43,118 nucleotides of DNA from a virus. This document shows, piece after piece, positions 15,814-23,490 of this stretch. The notes beneath the pieces are model-generated. The model made no database searches and was not told the DNA's origin. It saw nothing but the letters and a program-made list of their open reading frames with translations. The DNA lies in IMG/VR virus record IMGVR_UViG_3300045988_069349; one strand, given 5' to 3'. Every line of letters starts with the position of its first letter. Within the stretch, counting starts at the first letter, position 1. Made by a program: the position numbers and the translations under genes.

Positions 15814-17046
15814 TCATGTCATCCAGCCCCGCGCCTTCCGCCATGATTCCACGCCGTACCGCAGCGCGGCCATCGCGTCATCCTGAAAGGCGACGGGTTC
15901 ATCCAGATACTCGCCTGTTTGCTCGTTCTTCTGCCATTTCCATTGTTGCAGCTCTTTGATCGTATTCACGCATGACGGGTGAACGTATATGTGACGCTGC
16001 TTGAGCCAGTCGATTTGCGCCTTGATAGAGCCTTTCGCGCCGCCCTTGTCAACGCCCTTGGCACGATATCCGGCTTTCTTCCACATGCGGATTCTGTCCG
16101 GCTCTGCGCTGTCACACCACATCATCTTGTTTTTCGGAACATCCGTATCTTCCGCCATCTGGATGATTTCGGACGTGTCCTTCTCAAAGACGTATATCTC
16201 CCGCATGATGTAGATATCGTCATCCTTCTCGCCGAGCGTCAAGATAACGTTGGCATGATTGAAACCGAAGTCTTGGCCAATGGCAACATCGTGATAATCC
16301 TTCATGTCTTGGGAAATCTCGCTGACCTCCCAGTTGTGAAGAATCAGACCGCCAATTTCGCCCCACTCACCGAGGCCGTATATGGTATAACCTTCCGGGT
16401 CTACGATCTTTCGGCGCTCCATACGCGCCCGGTATGCGTCATCAATGAAGCGGTTATTCAGATAGGTGCTATGATGGCAAAGCACATTGTCATCGTGCAT
16501 GTCAAAATAGACACGCTTTATCCAGTGGTTCTTATTGACCGGGTTGAAGGTCATGCGAATCTGGTAGAATTGTCCCGGCGGCAGCTCGCCGCGCAGACGG
16601 TCGTCGATGATTTCAACGTCCGCTTGTGTCAGCTCCGTGGCCTCTTCGCACCAAACGTCTGTCAGCTTGCCGCGCTGGAATGTGATGGATTTCAGCTTCT
16701 CACGCTGGCGCTCGTCGTTCATTCCTCGGAAGATGATCTGATTTCCATTGTGGCGGCAGGTCAGCTTCAGCGGAGACATTGTAATCGCCCAATACTGGTC
16801 GGCTTTATCGCCAAACATGCGATAAATCGCGCCCGTCAGCTCGGCAAAGGTACTGTCGCGGTTGGTGATATCCGACTTGCGGATACAGACCAGATTCCGC
16901 CCAGCGTCGCGCATCAGGCGGAGGATGTAGTTTTGCGCCGTGTCAACGCTTTTTCCAGAGCCAGCCGAGCCTTTCATTATGATGTACCGCTTCCGGCTTT
17001 GGTCAACTTCGCGGAAGATGGGGTTGGCTTTAACCGTTATGTTCAC
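15814..17046 (-). CDS. terL: Terminase large subunit (PBSX/Terminase_3 type)
   Basis: Walker A IIMKGSAGSGKS, Walker B-like LTDVWCEEATE, and a C-terminal nuclease-type region. The GTG start overlaps the upstream stop (GTGA). Confidence 0.9.
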   Translation of the reverse strand: MNITVKANPIFREVDQSRKRYIIMKGSAGSGKSVDTAQNYILRLMRDAGRNLVCIRKSDITNRDSTFAELTGAIYRMFGDKADQYWAITMSPLKLTCRHNGNQIIFRGMNDERQREKLKSITFQRGKLTDVWCEEATELTQADVEIIDDRLRGELPPGQFYQIRMTFNPVNKNHWIKRVYFDMHDDNVLCHHSTYLNNRFIDDAYRARMERRKIVDPEGYTIYGLGEWGEIGGLILHNWEVSEISQDMKDYHDVAIGQDFGFNHANVILTLGEKDDDIYIMREIYVFEKDTSEIIQMAEDTDVPKNKMMWCDSAEPDRIRMWKKAGYRAKGVDKGGAKGSIKAQIDWLKQRHIYVHPSCVNTIKELQQWKWQKNEQTGEYLDEPVAFQDDAMAALRYGVESWRKARGWMT

Positions 17047-17411
17047 AACGCATCAACGCTTTCAAATGCTTTCATCATCTTTGGAAACTGTAAAGCAATC
17101 CAGTCAACCATTTCTTCGTTCTGCGCCCATGCGCCGCCAAATTCAAATGAGCTTGAGCAGAGGCCGCTTTCATTGAAATAGGCGTGAACGATTTCATGCC
17201 GCAGGGTTGCTTTTTCGATCATTCTGCAATATTCAGGCGTTTTATCCTCATATCTCGGATATGTCTGCATATTGCACATGACGATTTCCTTGGTCACGCT
17301 GTCGCAATAACCGTCTATCCCATGTTTCTTGAAATACGGCTTTTCGTCGTAGTCAAAAAACTCAATACTATATGACGTCCCCAGAACGTCAACCGTCATT
17401 TTCTTCTCCAT
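17043..17411 (-). CDS. Small HExxH metallopeptidase-like protein (ImmA/IrrE-like)
   Basis: ATLRHEIVHAYFNESGL contains HEIVH. The upstream block GTSYSIEF...GYCDSVTKEIVM resembles ImmA-type domains. It overlaps both terS and terL. An alternative start at 17399 has a better SD spacing. Confidence 0.6.
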   Translation of the reverse strand: MEKKMTVDVLGTSYSIEFFDYDEKPYFKKHGIDGYCDSVTKEIVMCNMQTYPRYEDKTPEYCRMIEKATLRHEIVHAYFNESGLCSSSFEFGGAWAQNEEMVDWIALQFPKMMKAFESVDAL

Positions 17412-17886
17412 AATCCACCTTGATATTCAGATTCATGTCCACATCCGCGTCCACTTTGTCGGTATAAATGCCGTATGCCTTGCCCAGCAGCTCCGCCGCC
17501 TTGTTGCTGTCCTGCAATCTGGCAGGGATTTCGACAATTTGCGGCGTTTCCTTCTTCACCGTTTGCTTGCGCATCTTGCCTTCCGCATCCGGCACATAGG
17601 AGGATGTTTCTTCCGTGCAGGTGACGACGACATGCTCCGCCTTTTCCCGGCGCATGACCGCCGTTAAATACTTCATAACCTCATCTTGGTCGGCGATGAG
17701 CGCCGCTTCCTTTTCGGCCATCCGTTTGTCGATGTATTCGCGCAAGTAAGGTTTGGATAGGTTTTCAGTTGCAATTTGCTTTGCGGTTTTCTTTGAATAT
17801 CCGGCTCGGATTGCAGCTTGAGCGCCGTTCATGTCAATCAGATATTCGTCGCAGAATCTTTTTTGCTTGTCGGTCATCTTCACCAC
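17389..17886 (-). CDS. terS: Terminase small subunit (Terminase_2 type)
   Basis: MTDKQKRFCDEYLIDMNGAQAAIRAGYSKKTAKQIATENLSKPYLREYI is a classical TerS HTH N-terminus. Confidence 0.85.
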   Translation of the reverse strand: MVKMTDKQKRFCDEYLIDMNGAQAAIRAGYSKKTAKQIATENLSKPYLREYIDKRMAEKEAALIADQDEVMKYLTAVMRREKAEHVVVTCTEETSSYVPDAEGKMRKQTVKKETPQIVEIPARLQDSNKAAELLGKAYGIYTDKVDADVDMNLNIKVDYGEENDG

Positions 17887-17901
17887 AATCCTCGCCTCCT
17901 T

Positions 17902-18897
17902 TCATGTCAAAAAACGTTCAAGCGGTGCTTTTTTGAACTCATTTTTGAATGTTTCCTTGATTTTCTTCATGTCGCCCTTGTAAAAGACAAGCACGTTTTG
18001 ATGAACCTTCGTCACCTTCCGGCTTGCGGAAAACGCGCCCCCGGCTCGCATCGGTGCCGTTAAATACTGGTTGAGCAGGATGGATTCGTTATACAGATAC
18101 AAGCCGTTTTTGATGAAAAGCCGCTTTGTCAGGCCGAGAAAATCCCGATATGCGCCCTTGCTGTCCCGGATATCCCCGACGACAAACACCGCAAAGCGGT
18201 TATCCTTGAGCTTCCGGCAGCTTTTCCCGATGATATCGCTGTACGCCATGCAGAAATCCGCATAAGACATATTGGAGAGGTCGAGCGGATGGTCGCTGTA
18301 TTTCTCCAAATTGTGATAAGGAGGACATGAAAAAACCAGATCGGCGCTGCCGTCTGGTATGTAGTCACTCATATTCCTGCTATCATCGCAATGCCACGCC
18401 GGACATACGCCCAGCGCGTCCGCGTTCATCTGGTTTGCGTCCACCTGCCGCTGTGATAGGTCTATCCCGATATAGTGCCGTCCCAGCAGCTCGGCCACAA
18501 CACCGCGCACAGAGCCGCCCGCGAACGGGTCAAAGATCAATCCGCCCTCGTTGCTGTACCAGTTATAGACGATTTCGCAAAGCACCGGGTCAAAGATTGA
18601 CGTTCCCGTGAGGTTCATGCCTTTCTTTTGCGCCAGCTCCTTGAGGCCACCACGCAGTAAGTGGTCGTCCCGGCCAACGTCGCTATGCAGCCCGATGTCC
18701 TTCCATTCCTTTTTCCGTTTCTGCCAGTACCCTTGACGCGTATCAAATACAGATACAGGTGGGGCAGAGGTAAAGCTCCTGCAATTTACCCATGATGCAC
18801 CGCCTTTCGGTTCCACGCAAAAAGCCCGGCAGGAAATGGTGCTTCCCGTCGGGCTTATCGCTTTGTTCTCTTTGTTCGCTTCGCGCATTATAATCAT
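17902..18897 (-). CDS. Orphan DNA amino-methyltransferase (N6-A/N4-C type)
   Basis: Motif I LIFDPFAGGSVRGVVAELLGRHYIGIDL. Motif IV DLVFSCPPYHNLEKYS. An N-terminal SVFDTRQGYWQKRKKEW block is typical of phage MTases. No REase is nearby. Confidence 0.8.
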   Translation of the reverse strand: MIIMREANKENKAISPTGSTISCRAFCVEPKGGASWVNCRSFTSAPPVSVFDTRQGYWQKRKKEWKDIGLHSDVGRDDHLLRGGLKELAQKKGMNLTGTSIFDPVLCEIVYNWYSNEGGLIFDPFAGGSVRGVVAELLGRHYIGIDLSQRQVDANQMNADALGVCPAWHCDDSRNMSDYIPDGSADLVFSCPPYHNLEKYSDHPLDLSNMSYADFCMAYSDIIGKSCRKLKDNRFAVFVVGDIRDSKGAYRDFLGLTKRLFIKNGLYLYNESILLNQYLTAPMRAGGAFSASRKVTKVHQNVLVFYKGDMKKIKETFKNEFKKAPLERFLT

Positions 18898-18953
18898 ATC
18901 ATAGACGCAATGTGCAATACTATGAAATTATGTGAAAGTGTATGCAAACTTTT

Positions 18954-18985
18954 CAAAAAAAGAGCGCCCGGATGCTGGGCGCTCT
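18954..18985 (-). terminator. Intrinsic terminator after the 129-aa gene
   Basis: Minus strand AGAGCGCCC-agcaucc-GGGCGCUCU (9 bp) followed by TTTTTTT. Confidence 0.8.
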
Positions 18986-18992
18986 GAAAACC

Positions 18993-19382
18993 TTAGTCTT
19001 TCACTTCCTTGAACCGTCTGATGTACATGTGGGACTTGATCTCATCGGCATTGTCCCTTGTGAGCTGCCACAGGTCGGACAGATATACGCCTGCGATAAT
19101 AAAACTGCTACGATACTCACTAAATGCGGTAAATTCGATCCATACGTCAATGTCACGCGTCTCAGCATCGAAAGCATCCCAAACGCGATGATTCTTTGCA
19201 ATCCTTGCCCTTGCTTCAATTATCATTGCGGCGTTATCGTCAAAAACTAACCGAGCGGCGACTCTCGCCCAATCTGTAGCTGTATATTCCTCTTCATTCG
19301 CGCACCGCATAACCTTCTTCACGGCAGGCATTTCCGCGACGGTGACGATATCCTTCATGGTATCGGTAAACTTGACTTTCAT
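18993..19382 (-). CDS. Hypothetical 129-aa protein (cargo of the RHH-controlled cassette)
   Basis: ATG 19382 with GGAGG 8 nt upstream. MKVKFTDTMKDIVTVAEMPAVKK...VWDAFDAETRDIDVWIEFTAFSEYRSSF. I recognise no family. Confidence 0.6.
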   Translation of the reverse strand: MKVKFTDTMKDIVTVAEMPAVKKVMRCANEEEYTATDWARVAARLVFDDNAAMIIEARARIAKNHRVWDAFDAETRDIDVWIEFTAFSEYRSSFIIAGVYLSDLWQLTRDNADEIKSHMYIRRFKEVKD

Positions 19383-19436
19383 TTTCGTTTCCTCCTGTTT
19401 TGTTCGGTCGGTGTTCTGTTCCTTTTCTATGGTCTT

Positions 19437-19465
19437 ATTATACTACATGTTGCCATGTAAATCTA
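19437..19465 (-). promoter_or_regulatory. Promoter for the 129-aa gene (perfect -10)
   Basis: rc of 19437-19442 = TATAAT. The -35 is weak (TAGATT) with a 17-nt spacer. Operator copy 1 fills the spacer. Confidence 0.5.
19445..19458. promoter_or_regulatory. Operator copy 1, ACATG-N4-CATGT
   Basis: ACATGTTGCCATGT. Confidence 0.6.
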
Positions 19466-19478
19466 TTGACTATTTGCA

Positions 19479-19492
19479 ACATGTTTCCATGT
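19479..19492. promoter_or_regulatory. Operator copy 2, ACATG-N4-CATGT
   Basis: ACATGTTTCCATGT, 34 bp from copy 1. Confidence 0.6.
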
Positions 19493-19509
19493 GTTTTTTG
19501 TTTATTTTT

Positions 19510-19523
19510 ACATGTTGCCATGT
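19510..19523. promoter_or_regulatory. Operator copy 3, ACATG-N4-CATGT
   Basis: ACATGTTGCCATGT, identical to copy 1 and 31 bp from copy 2. It contains the -35 of the RHH promoter. Confidence 0.6.
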
Positions 19524-19544
19524 TTGCAAGACCAGTGGTATCAT
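19515..19544 (+). promoter_or_regulatory. Promoter of the RHH gene
   Basis: -35 TTGCCA (19515-19520), 18-nt spacer, -10 TATCAT (19539-19544). Confidence 0.45.
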
Positions 19545-19569
19545 GTATGTCAGAAGGGAGTGCATCGCC

Positions 19570-19779
19570 ATGACAAAGGGGTATGAGCAGCGCAAGCAGG
19601 CAAATGAAAAATATCTTTCTACCCAAGACAGAATTACAATTCGTGTGCCGAAGGAGAGCTGCATGAAGGAAACCATCCAGATACACGCAGAAAAATGCGG
19701 TGAATCCGTACAGGCTTTCATCCTTCGCGCCATCTTGGCACAAATAGAACGGGACGAACAAGAAAGCGGCGCAGAATGA
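19570..19779 (+). CDS. Ribbon-helix-helix (Arc/Mnt/CopG-like) DNA-binding protein
   Basis: MTKGYEQRKQANEKYLSTQDRITIRVPKESCMKETIQIHAEKCGESVQAFILRAILAQIERDE shows the beta-strand/helix/helix pattern of RHH proteins. SD AAGGGAG lies 10 nt upstream of ATG 19570. It is the only plus-strand gene outside the lysogeny block. Confidence 0.65.
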   Translation: MTKGYEQRKQANEKYLSTQDRITIRVPKESCMKETIQIHAEKCGESVQAFILRAILAQIERDEQESGAE

Positions 19780-19796
19780 TGCGCCGCCCTTTTTAT
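19766..19796. terminator. Bidirectional terminator between convergent genes
   Basis: GCGGCGCA-gaatga-TGCGCCGC followed by CCTTTTTATTT. The stop codon of the RHH gene lies in the loop. Confidence 0.7.
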
Positions 19797-20209
19797 TTCT
19801 TTGCTTTCAGTACCTTCTCGAAGGCTTGCAGCGCCCGCCCATGCAGATTCAAAACGGTTCTGTATGAATAGCCCATATCGTTTGAAATTCTCTCGAAGGT
19901 TTGAAACAATACATAACGTTTATGTAACACATGATAATATTCAGGCTGCTTGATCTGCTCCATCATAGCGGAGGCTTCACTTTTCAGATTGACAAAATCG
20001 TCAATGTTTCGGTTGATTTCGTCCTGCAAATCCACAATTTTCGCAACGGTATCGCCGAGCTTGTCCCCGTTTCCGCCGCCAGCGGCTCCGCTCATGCTGG
20101 GCGTTATTCGGCGGACAAGATCGTTCAGCCGTTCCATTTCCTCCAGCTTGCTGTCAATCAGCACGTCGTACCATTTGATTCTGTTCAAGTAATCCTTGAC
20201 CTCGCTCAT
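19793..20209 (-). CDS. DUF1492 / sigma-70 region-4-like phage transcriptional regulator (late activator candidate)
   Basis: MSEVKDYLNRIKWYDVLIDSKLEEMERLNDL...; C-terminal HTH YHVLHKRYVLFQTFERISNDMGYSYRTVLNLHGRALQAFEKVL. Confidence 0.65.
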   Translation of the reverse strand: MSEVKDYLNRIKWYDVLIDSKLEEMERLNDLVRRITPSMSGAAGGGNGDKLGDTVAKIVDLQDEINRNIDDFVNLKSEASAMMEQIKQPEYYHVLHKRYVLFQTFERISNDMGYSYRTVLNLHGRALQAFEKVLKAKK

Positions 20210-20387
20210 CTTTCACGCCCTCCCGTATGCAGACAAAGGTGAAAACCCCGCCCGGATTGATTTTCTGAATGAAATCCCATGCCGCGATGATATCCTTGCA
20301 CTGGTGCTCCGTGTAGACGCGCAGCCAGTTCCCGAAAGCGTCGCGCCCGACGGCCTCCACCAGCCAGACCTTTTCTTTATCCATGCG
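20154..20387 (-). CDS. Hypothetical small protein
   Basis: Internal start MDKEKVWLVEAVGRDAFGNWLRVYTEHQCKDIIAAWDFIQKINPGG of ORF 20154..20564. Its 3' end overlaps the next gene by 56 nt. Confidence 0.4.
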   Translation of the reverse strand, partial: RMDKEKVWLVEAVGRDAFGNWLRVYTEHQCKDIIAAWDFIQKINPGGVFTFVCIREGVKDERGQGLLEQNQMVRRAD

Positions 20388-20910
20388 CATCCCCGCTTTC
20401 GAGCTTGAAGCGGAACTCACCCTGAATCTCTGCAATGGTTTCCTGTAATCCAAGCGGGAGCTGATAGCGCATCTGTTCCCGCTTGGCTTCCGTCTCAAAG
20501 ATTTGCTGAAATCGCCGCGTGTAGTAGCCGATGTCCTCCGTGTCGCAGAGGTTTTGAAAGCCAAGATTCTTCACGGCCTTCCGCGTGATGGGGTCGAGGC
20601 TCTCCATTGCCTCCGCTGGCCTGTATCGGCCATAGCGTTTGATGGCGAGATTGACCTTCATCCAACCCTCTGACCAGTCCGGCGCATCGCCGCGCTTGAC
20701 ATCGACGGCCATTTCGCGGATGTCGGCGATGGTGGGCGACCACTTGCTTGTCGATACCCACTTCCGCAGCGCCGCTTGCGCGATCTGCATGGGGATATCC
20801 GCAAGCTCCTGATACCATAGCTCTATGGCCTGTTCGTTCGGGAGAAGCTGCTCGCGCGGATAGTAGGTTTTCAACGCGCTGGCAAACGCCGCAAATTCCT
20901 GTTTCGTCAT
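20377..20910 (-). CDS. G39P-like replicative helicase loader
   Basis: MTKQEFAAFASALKTYYPREQLLPNEQAIELWYQELADIPMQIAQAALRKWVSTSKWSPTIADIRE parallels SPP1 G39P (..YP.f....e....WY..L.D......AL..h..tSKfpPTIAeI). Confidence 0.6.
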   Translation of the reverse strand: MTKQEFAAFASALKTYYPREQLLPNEQAIELWYQELADIPMQIAQAALRKWVSTSKWSPTIADIREMAVDVKRGDAPDWSEGWMKVNLAIKRYGRYRPAEAMESLDPITRKAVKNLGFQNLCDTEDIGYYTRRFQQIFETEAKREQMRYQLPLGLQETIAEIQGEFRFKLESGDAHG

Positions 20911-21467
20911 TCCCGCGCACCGCCTTTCTCCACGTTCATGTCCTCCAGCACTTTAATTTTCGCTTTGAGGGTCGTGTACTCGTCAATCATCTTTTGGCTG
21001 ATTTTCGCGTTCAGCTTGTCCCGCTCATCGACCAGCTTTTCAAAATCATCCGAGATAGGGCTGTTTTCGTCCGTGTGCGCTTCCGGCGCATGTGCTTGAC
21101 CGTTTGCCTTATCCGGCACATGAGAGAGCCCCAGCGCCATTTTGACGGCTTTCTGCACTTCCAGAAATTCCGTGTCCGGCATGGTCTTGACGTATGCCTC
21201 CAGCACCTCGTCGAAACAATAGCCGACCATGATGGGATTCGTCCACATCATCGTCTTGCCGCGCACCATGATTTTGTTTATCGCCGGCTTTTCTCCGAGC
21301 TTCAGGCAGGCGCACACATGTTCATCCCGGTTGAGCACCAGCATCAGGCCGTCGCTCACCTTGTGCGTCCAGATTTCACCCGGTTGCGGCTTCATGCCGC
21401 TGATGGCCTTAAAGGCCGTTTCGTCATAGTAGCCGCTGCCGTTCCTCCTGATGTCTTTGTTTTTCAT
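20907..21467 (-). CDS. Hypothetical replication-module protein
   Basis: 186-aa ORF with 4-nt overlaps on both sides. N-terminal GSGYYDETAFKAI motif and a C-terminal coiled coil. Confidence 0.55.
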   Translation of the reverse strand: MKNKDIRRNGSGYYDETAFKAISGMKPQPGEIWTHKVSDGLMLVLNRDEHVCACLKLGEKPAINKIMVRGKTMMWTNPIMVGYCFDEVLEAYVKTMPDTEFLEVQKAVKMALGLSHVPDKANGQAHAPEAHTDENSPISDDFEKLVDERDKLNAKISQKMIDEYTTLKAKIKVLEDMNVEKGGARE

Positions 21468-22324
21468 CCGTTTTCCCCGCCTTCCGCCGCCCAGTTGGCG
21501 GCCATGTCGTAGAAATCATTCAGCTCTTCGGCCTTTGTCGGCTTCCGGCTGTAAGATGCGCCCTCCGCCCGCCGTGTGACGGGTTGCGCCTGTGCATCCT
21601 TCCGCGCCCAGTTGCGGATGGTGGCATAATGGCTTTTATACGCCTTTCCCGTGCTGGCGATGTAGCCGGAAAGCCGCTCAATCCGTTCTTCCCAGTCGGA
21701 AAACGCCTCTTTCAGCTTTTCAAGCTCGTCGTCTGTGAGCAGCACGTTTGCGTATTCCCCGTATTTGTGTTTCACAGGCTTCTTCGGCTTGTGGGAGGGG
21801 GAGGGATTGGGCGCGGATGCGCCCATATCCCTATATTCTTTTTCTTTCTCTTTATCTATATCTATATCTTCTTCTGTTGCGTTACTTTGCGTTACTGTAA
21901 CGTTACATGTAACGTTACTCTGTGCAGCAGCCGCAAGCGCCTTCTGTTTCTGGCGATGAGCGGTCACGCGTTGGCGCGTCTGTTCCCGGATTTTCTCCAT
22001 GCCTTCAATGTTCTGGTACTCGTTCCACCCGGCAATGGAGAAAAAGCCGTTATCGGTGCAGACCATGTTGAGCTGTTCCAGCGCGGTGATGGCGAGCTTG
22101 ACCGTGTTTTCCTCAAAGCCCAGTTCGTCGGCGAGCATCTTGGGCGTGTAAGGGATGTTTTCGGTCAGGAAGATCATGCCTCCAGCATTGCAGCGCCCCG
22201 CCATCGTCAGCAGCATCACCCAGATGAGGACGATATTGTTTCCGTCCGGCAGCTTGCGCAAGTGCTTGATTTTTCGGTTGTCGAACATGTCCGTCGTGAT
22301 TTTCACCCACTTTACAGCGGCCAT
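21464..22324 (-). CDS. Phage replisome organizer (Phage_rep_org_N plus DnaD-like C-terminus)
   Basis: MAAVKWVKITTDMFDNRKIKHLRKLPDGNNIVLIWVMLLTMAGRCNAGGMIFL is the classical N-terminal domain. Iterons lie in the linker. Confidence 0.75.
   Translation of the reverse strand: MAAVKWVKITTDMFDNRKIKHLRKLPDGNNIVLIWVMLLTMAGRCNAGGMIFLTENIPYTPKMLADELGFEENTVKLAITALEQLNMVCTDNGFFSIAGWNEYQNIEGMEKIREQTRQRVTAHRQKQKALAAAAQSNVTCNVTVTQSNATEEDIDIDKEKEKEYRDMGASAPNPSPSHKPKKPVKHKYGEYANVLLTDDELEKLKEAFSDWEERIERLSGYIASTGKAYKSHYATIRNWARKDAQAQPVTRRAEGASYSRKPTKAEELNDFYDMAANWAAEGGENG
21878..21919. repeat. Putative origin iterons (GTTAC-containing repeats) inside the organizer gene
   Basis: tgcgttact ttgcgttac tgtaacgttaca tgtaacgttac, preceded by an AT-rich tract tctttatctatatctatatcttc (21849-21872). 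Confidence 0.6.
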
Positions 22325-22360
22325 AAAATCACCTCCGTTTGCGCTGTATCGTTTGTGCGC

Positions 22361-22531
22361 TTATTTTTTCATCATTTTGTAGATTTCCGCGACATGAAAG
22401 GGAAGGCTAACGAGCTTGATGAGGTAGACGGTGGCAACAAAGGCGATGAATAGCCCGCCGCATTTGCTGGCGAAATTCCCGTCCATGAGGTACACGGCAA
22501 GCTCCATAAGCTCCTTGTAAATCTCAAACAT
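22361..22531 (-). CDS. 56-aa small membrane protein (not in the ORF track)
   Basis: Manual translation: MFEIYKELMELAVYLMDGNFASKCGGLFIAFVATVYLIKLVSLPFHVAEIYKMMKK. SD GGAGAA lies 6 nt upstream of ATG 22531. Confidence 0.45.
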   Translation of the reverse strand: MFEIYKELMELAVYLMDGNFASKCGGLFIAFVATVYLIKLVSLPFHVAEIYKMMKK

Positions 22532-22850
22532 TGTTATTCTCCTTCTCGTCGGCTTCCCCGGCGTACTCCCAATTTGGGCGCTCCCATTCCATCACGCAAT
22601 CCCCGCAAGTCGTCCCCGCGAGGCCGTGAACGTTCCGATGCTTACATGCGCCGCAATCGCCGTGCATATAGTCGAGCATGTGGTCGATCTGGCCTTCGAG
22701 CTGTTTGATGTAGGCAAGCGCATCCCCACACACATACATGATGCACGGTTCAGTATGGCCGTCATTATAAGGGCAATCCGTGTGCTGCCCGTGACACTCA
22801 TCCGTGCCGCAAGCGTCCAGCCCTTTCTTAATCTCTTCAGGTGTTTTCAT
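22524..22850 (-). CDS. Cys/His-rich hypothetical protein
   Basis: MKTPEEIKKGLDACGTDECHGQHTDCPYNDGH...ALAYIKQLEGQ...GDCGACKH. This is a common Firmicutes-phage early-gene pattern. Confidence 0.55.
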   Translation of the reverse strand: MKTPEEIKKGLDACGTDECHGQHTDCPYNDGHTEPCIMYVCGDALAYIKQLEGQIDHMLDYMHGDCGACKHRNVHGLAGTTCGDCVMEWERPNWEYAGEADEKENNNV

Positions 22851-23023
22851 GGCTTGTCCTCCGTTTCCCACGCATCAATATAATCTCGTGGAATTCTCAC
22901 AACGAAGTTTTGACCGCACTTCACGCAAACGTGAGTAAAAATGTAGTATTCTTCATCATGCTCCGTTTTGATCTGTGCCATCGCGAAGCAATGTCGGCAT
23001 AACTTCTGCCGAATTTTAGTCAT
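22847..23023 (-). CDS. Small zinc-ribbon protein
   Basis: MTKIRQKLCRHCFAMAQIKTEHDEEYYIFTHVCVKCGQNF (CxxC...CxxC). The start overlaps the upstream stop (TGATG). Confidence 0.5.
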   Translation of the reverse strand: MTKIRQKLCRHCFAMAQIKTEHDEEYYIFTHVCVKCGQNFVVRIPRDYIDAWETEDKP

Positions 23024-23490
23024 CAGTTTTCCCACAGTGTCACCTTCATCTCTTTCGTGGTCGGCTTCTTCAGCCAACAGCGCCACGTCTTGCCGTAAAG
23101 CTCGACCTCTTTTTCTGTGCTCGCAAAGAAAGCGTATATATTGACAAGCACATCCGTCGGGTCAATAGGCGCAACATACGCCGGGAAAACGATAGGCGAT
23201 TCATGCCGGAAAGGCTCATACCATGTGATTCTATCTTCTTGGCACTTCTTTTGCGCTTCCGCCAGCGTCAGCACCCGGTTTTCCGGCTCGATGCGGCGCA
23301 TCACAGATGCACGAGCTTTCGCCTCAATCTGGCTGTCCGTGCTATCTGCGGGAATCTCAAGCTGCGGAGAGGTGCTATCGCACACCACGCACTGATACCA
23401 TACGGTATAGGTTTCTTTCCCAAACTCAGGCGTTATGATTTGCAGTTCCATCCTATCCCCGCAATATGGGCATTTCGGCGTTTCACTCAT
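23023..23490 (-). CDS. Zinc-ribbon protein with a Lar-like N-terminus, paralogue A
   Basis: MSETPKCPYCGDRMEL...CVVCDS...MRRIEPENRVLTL...YGKTWRCWLKKPTTKE. Confidence 0.55.
   Translation of the reverse strand: MSETPKCPYCGDRMELQIITPEFGKETYTVWYQCVVCDSTSPQLEIPADSTDSQIEAKARASVMRRIEPENRVLTLAEAQKKCQEDRITWYEPFRHESPIVFPAYVAPIDPTDVLVNIYAFFASTEKEVELYGKTWRCWLKKPTTKEMKVTLWEN

Noticed and set aside
20495-20920. 141-aa alternative-frame ORF overlapping the G39P-like gene.
   Set aside because: It is on the same strand and almost fully overlaps a gene with a recognisable family signature. Its composition is Arg/Gly/His-rich shadow.
20907-21467. Possible PemK/MazF-like toxin motif (PGEIW...LMLVLNRD) in the 186-aa replication-module protein.
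   Set aside because: The resemblance is limited to a few residues. There is no adjacent antitoxin-like partner, and the gene is translationally coupled within the replication operon.
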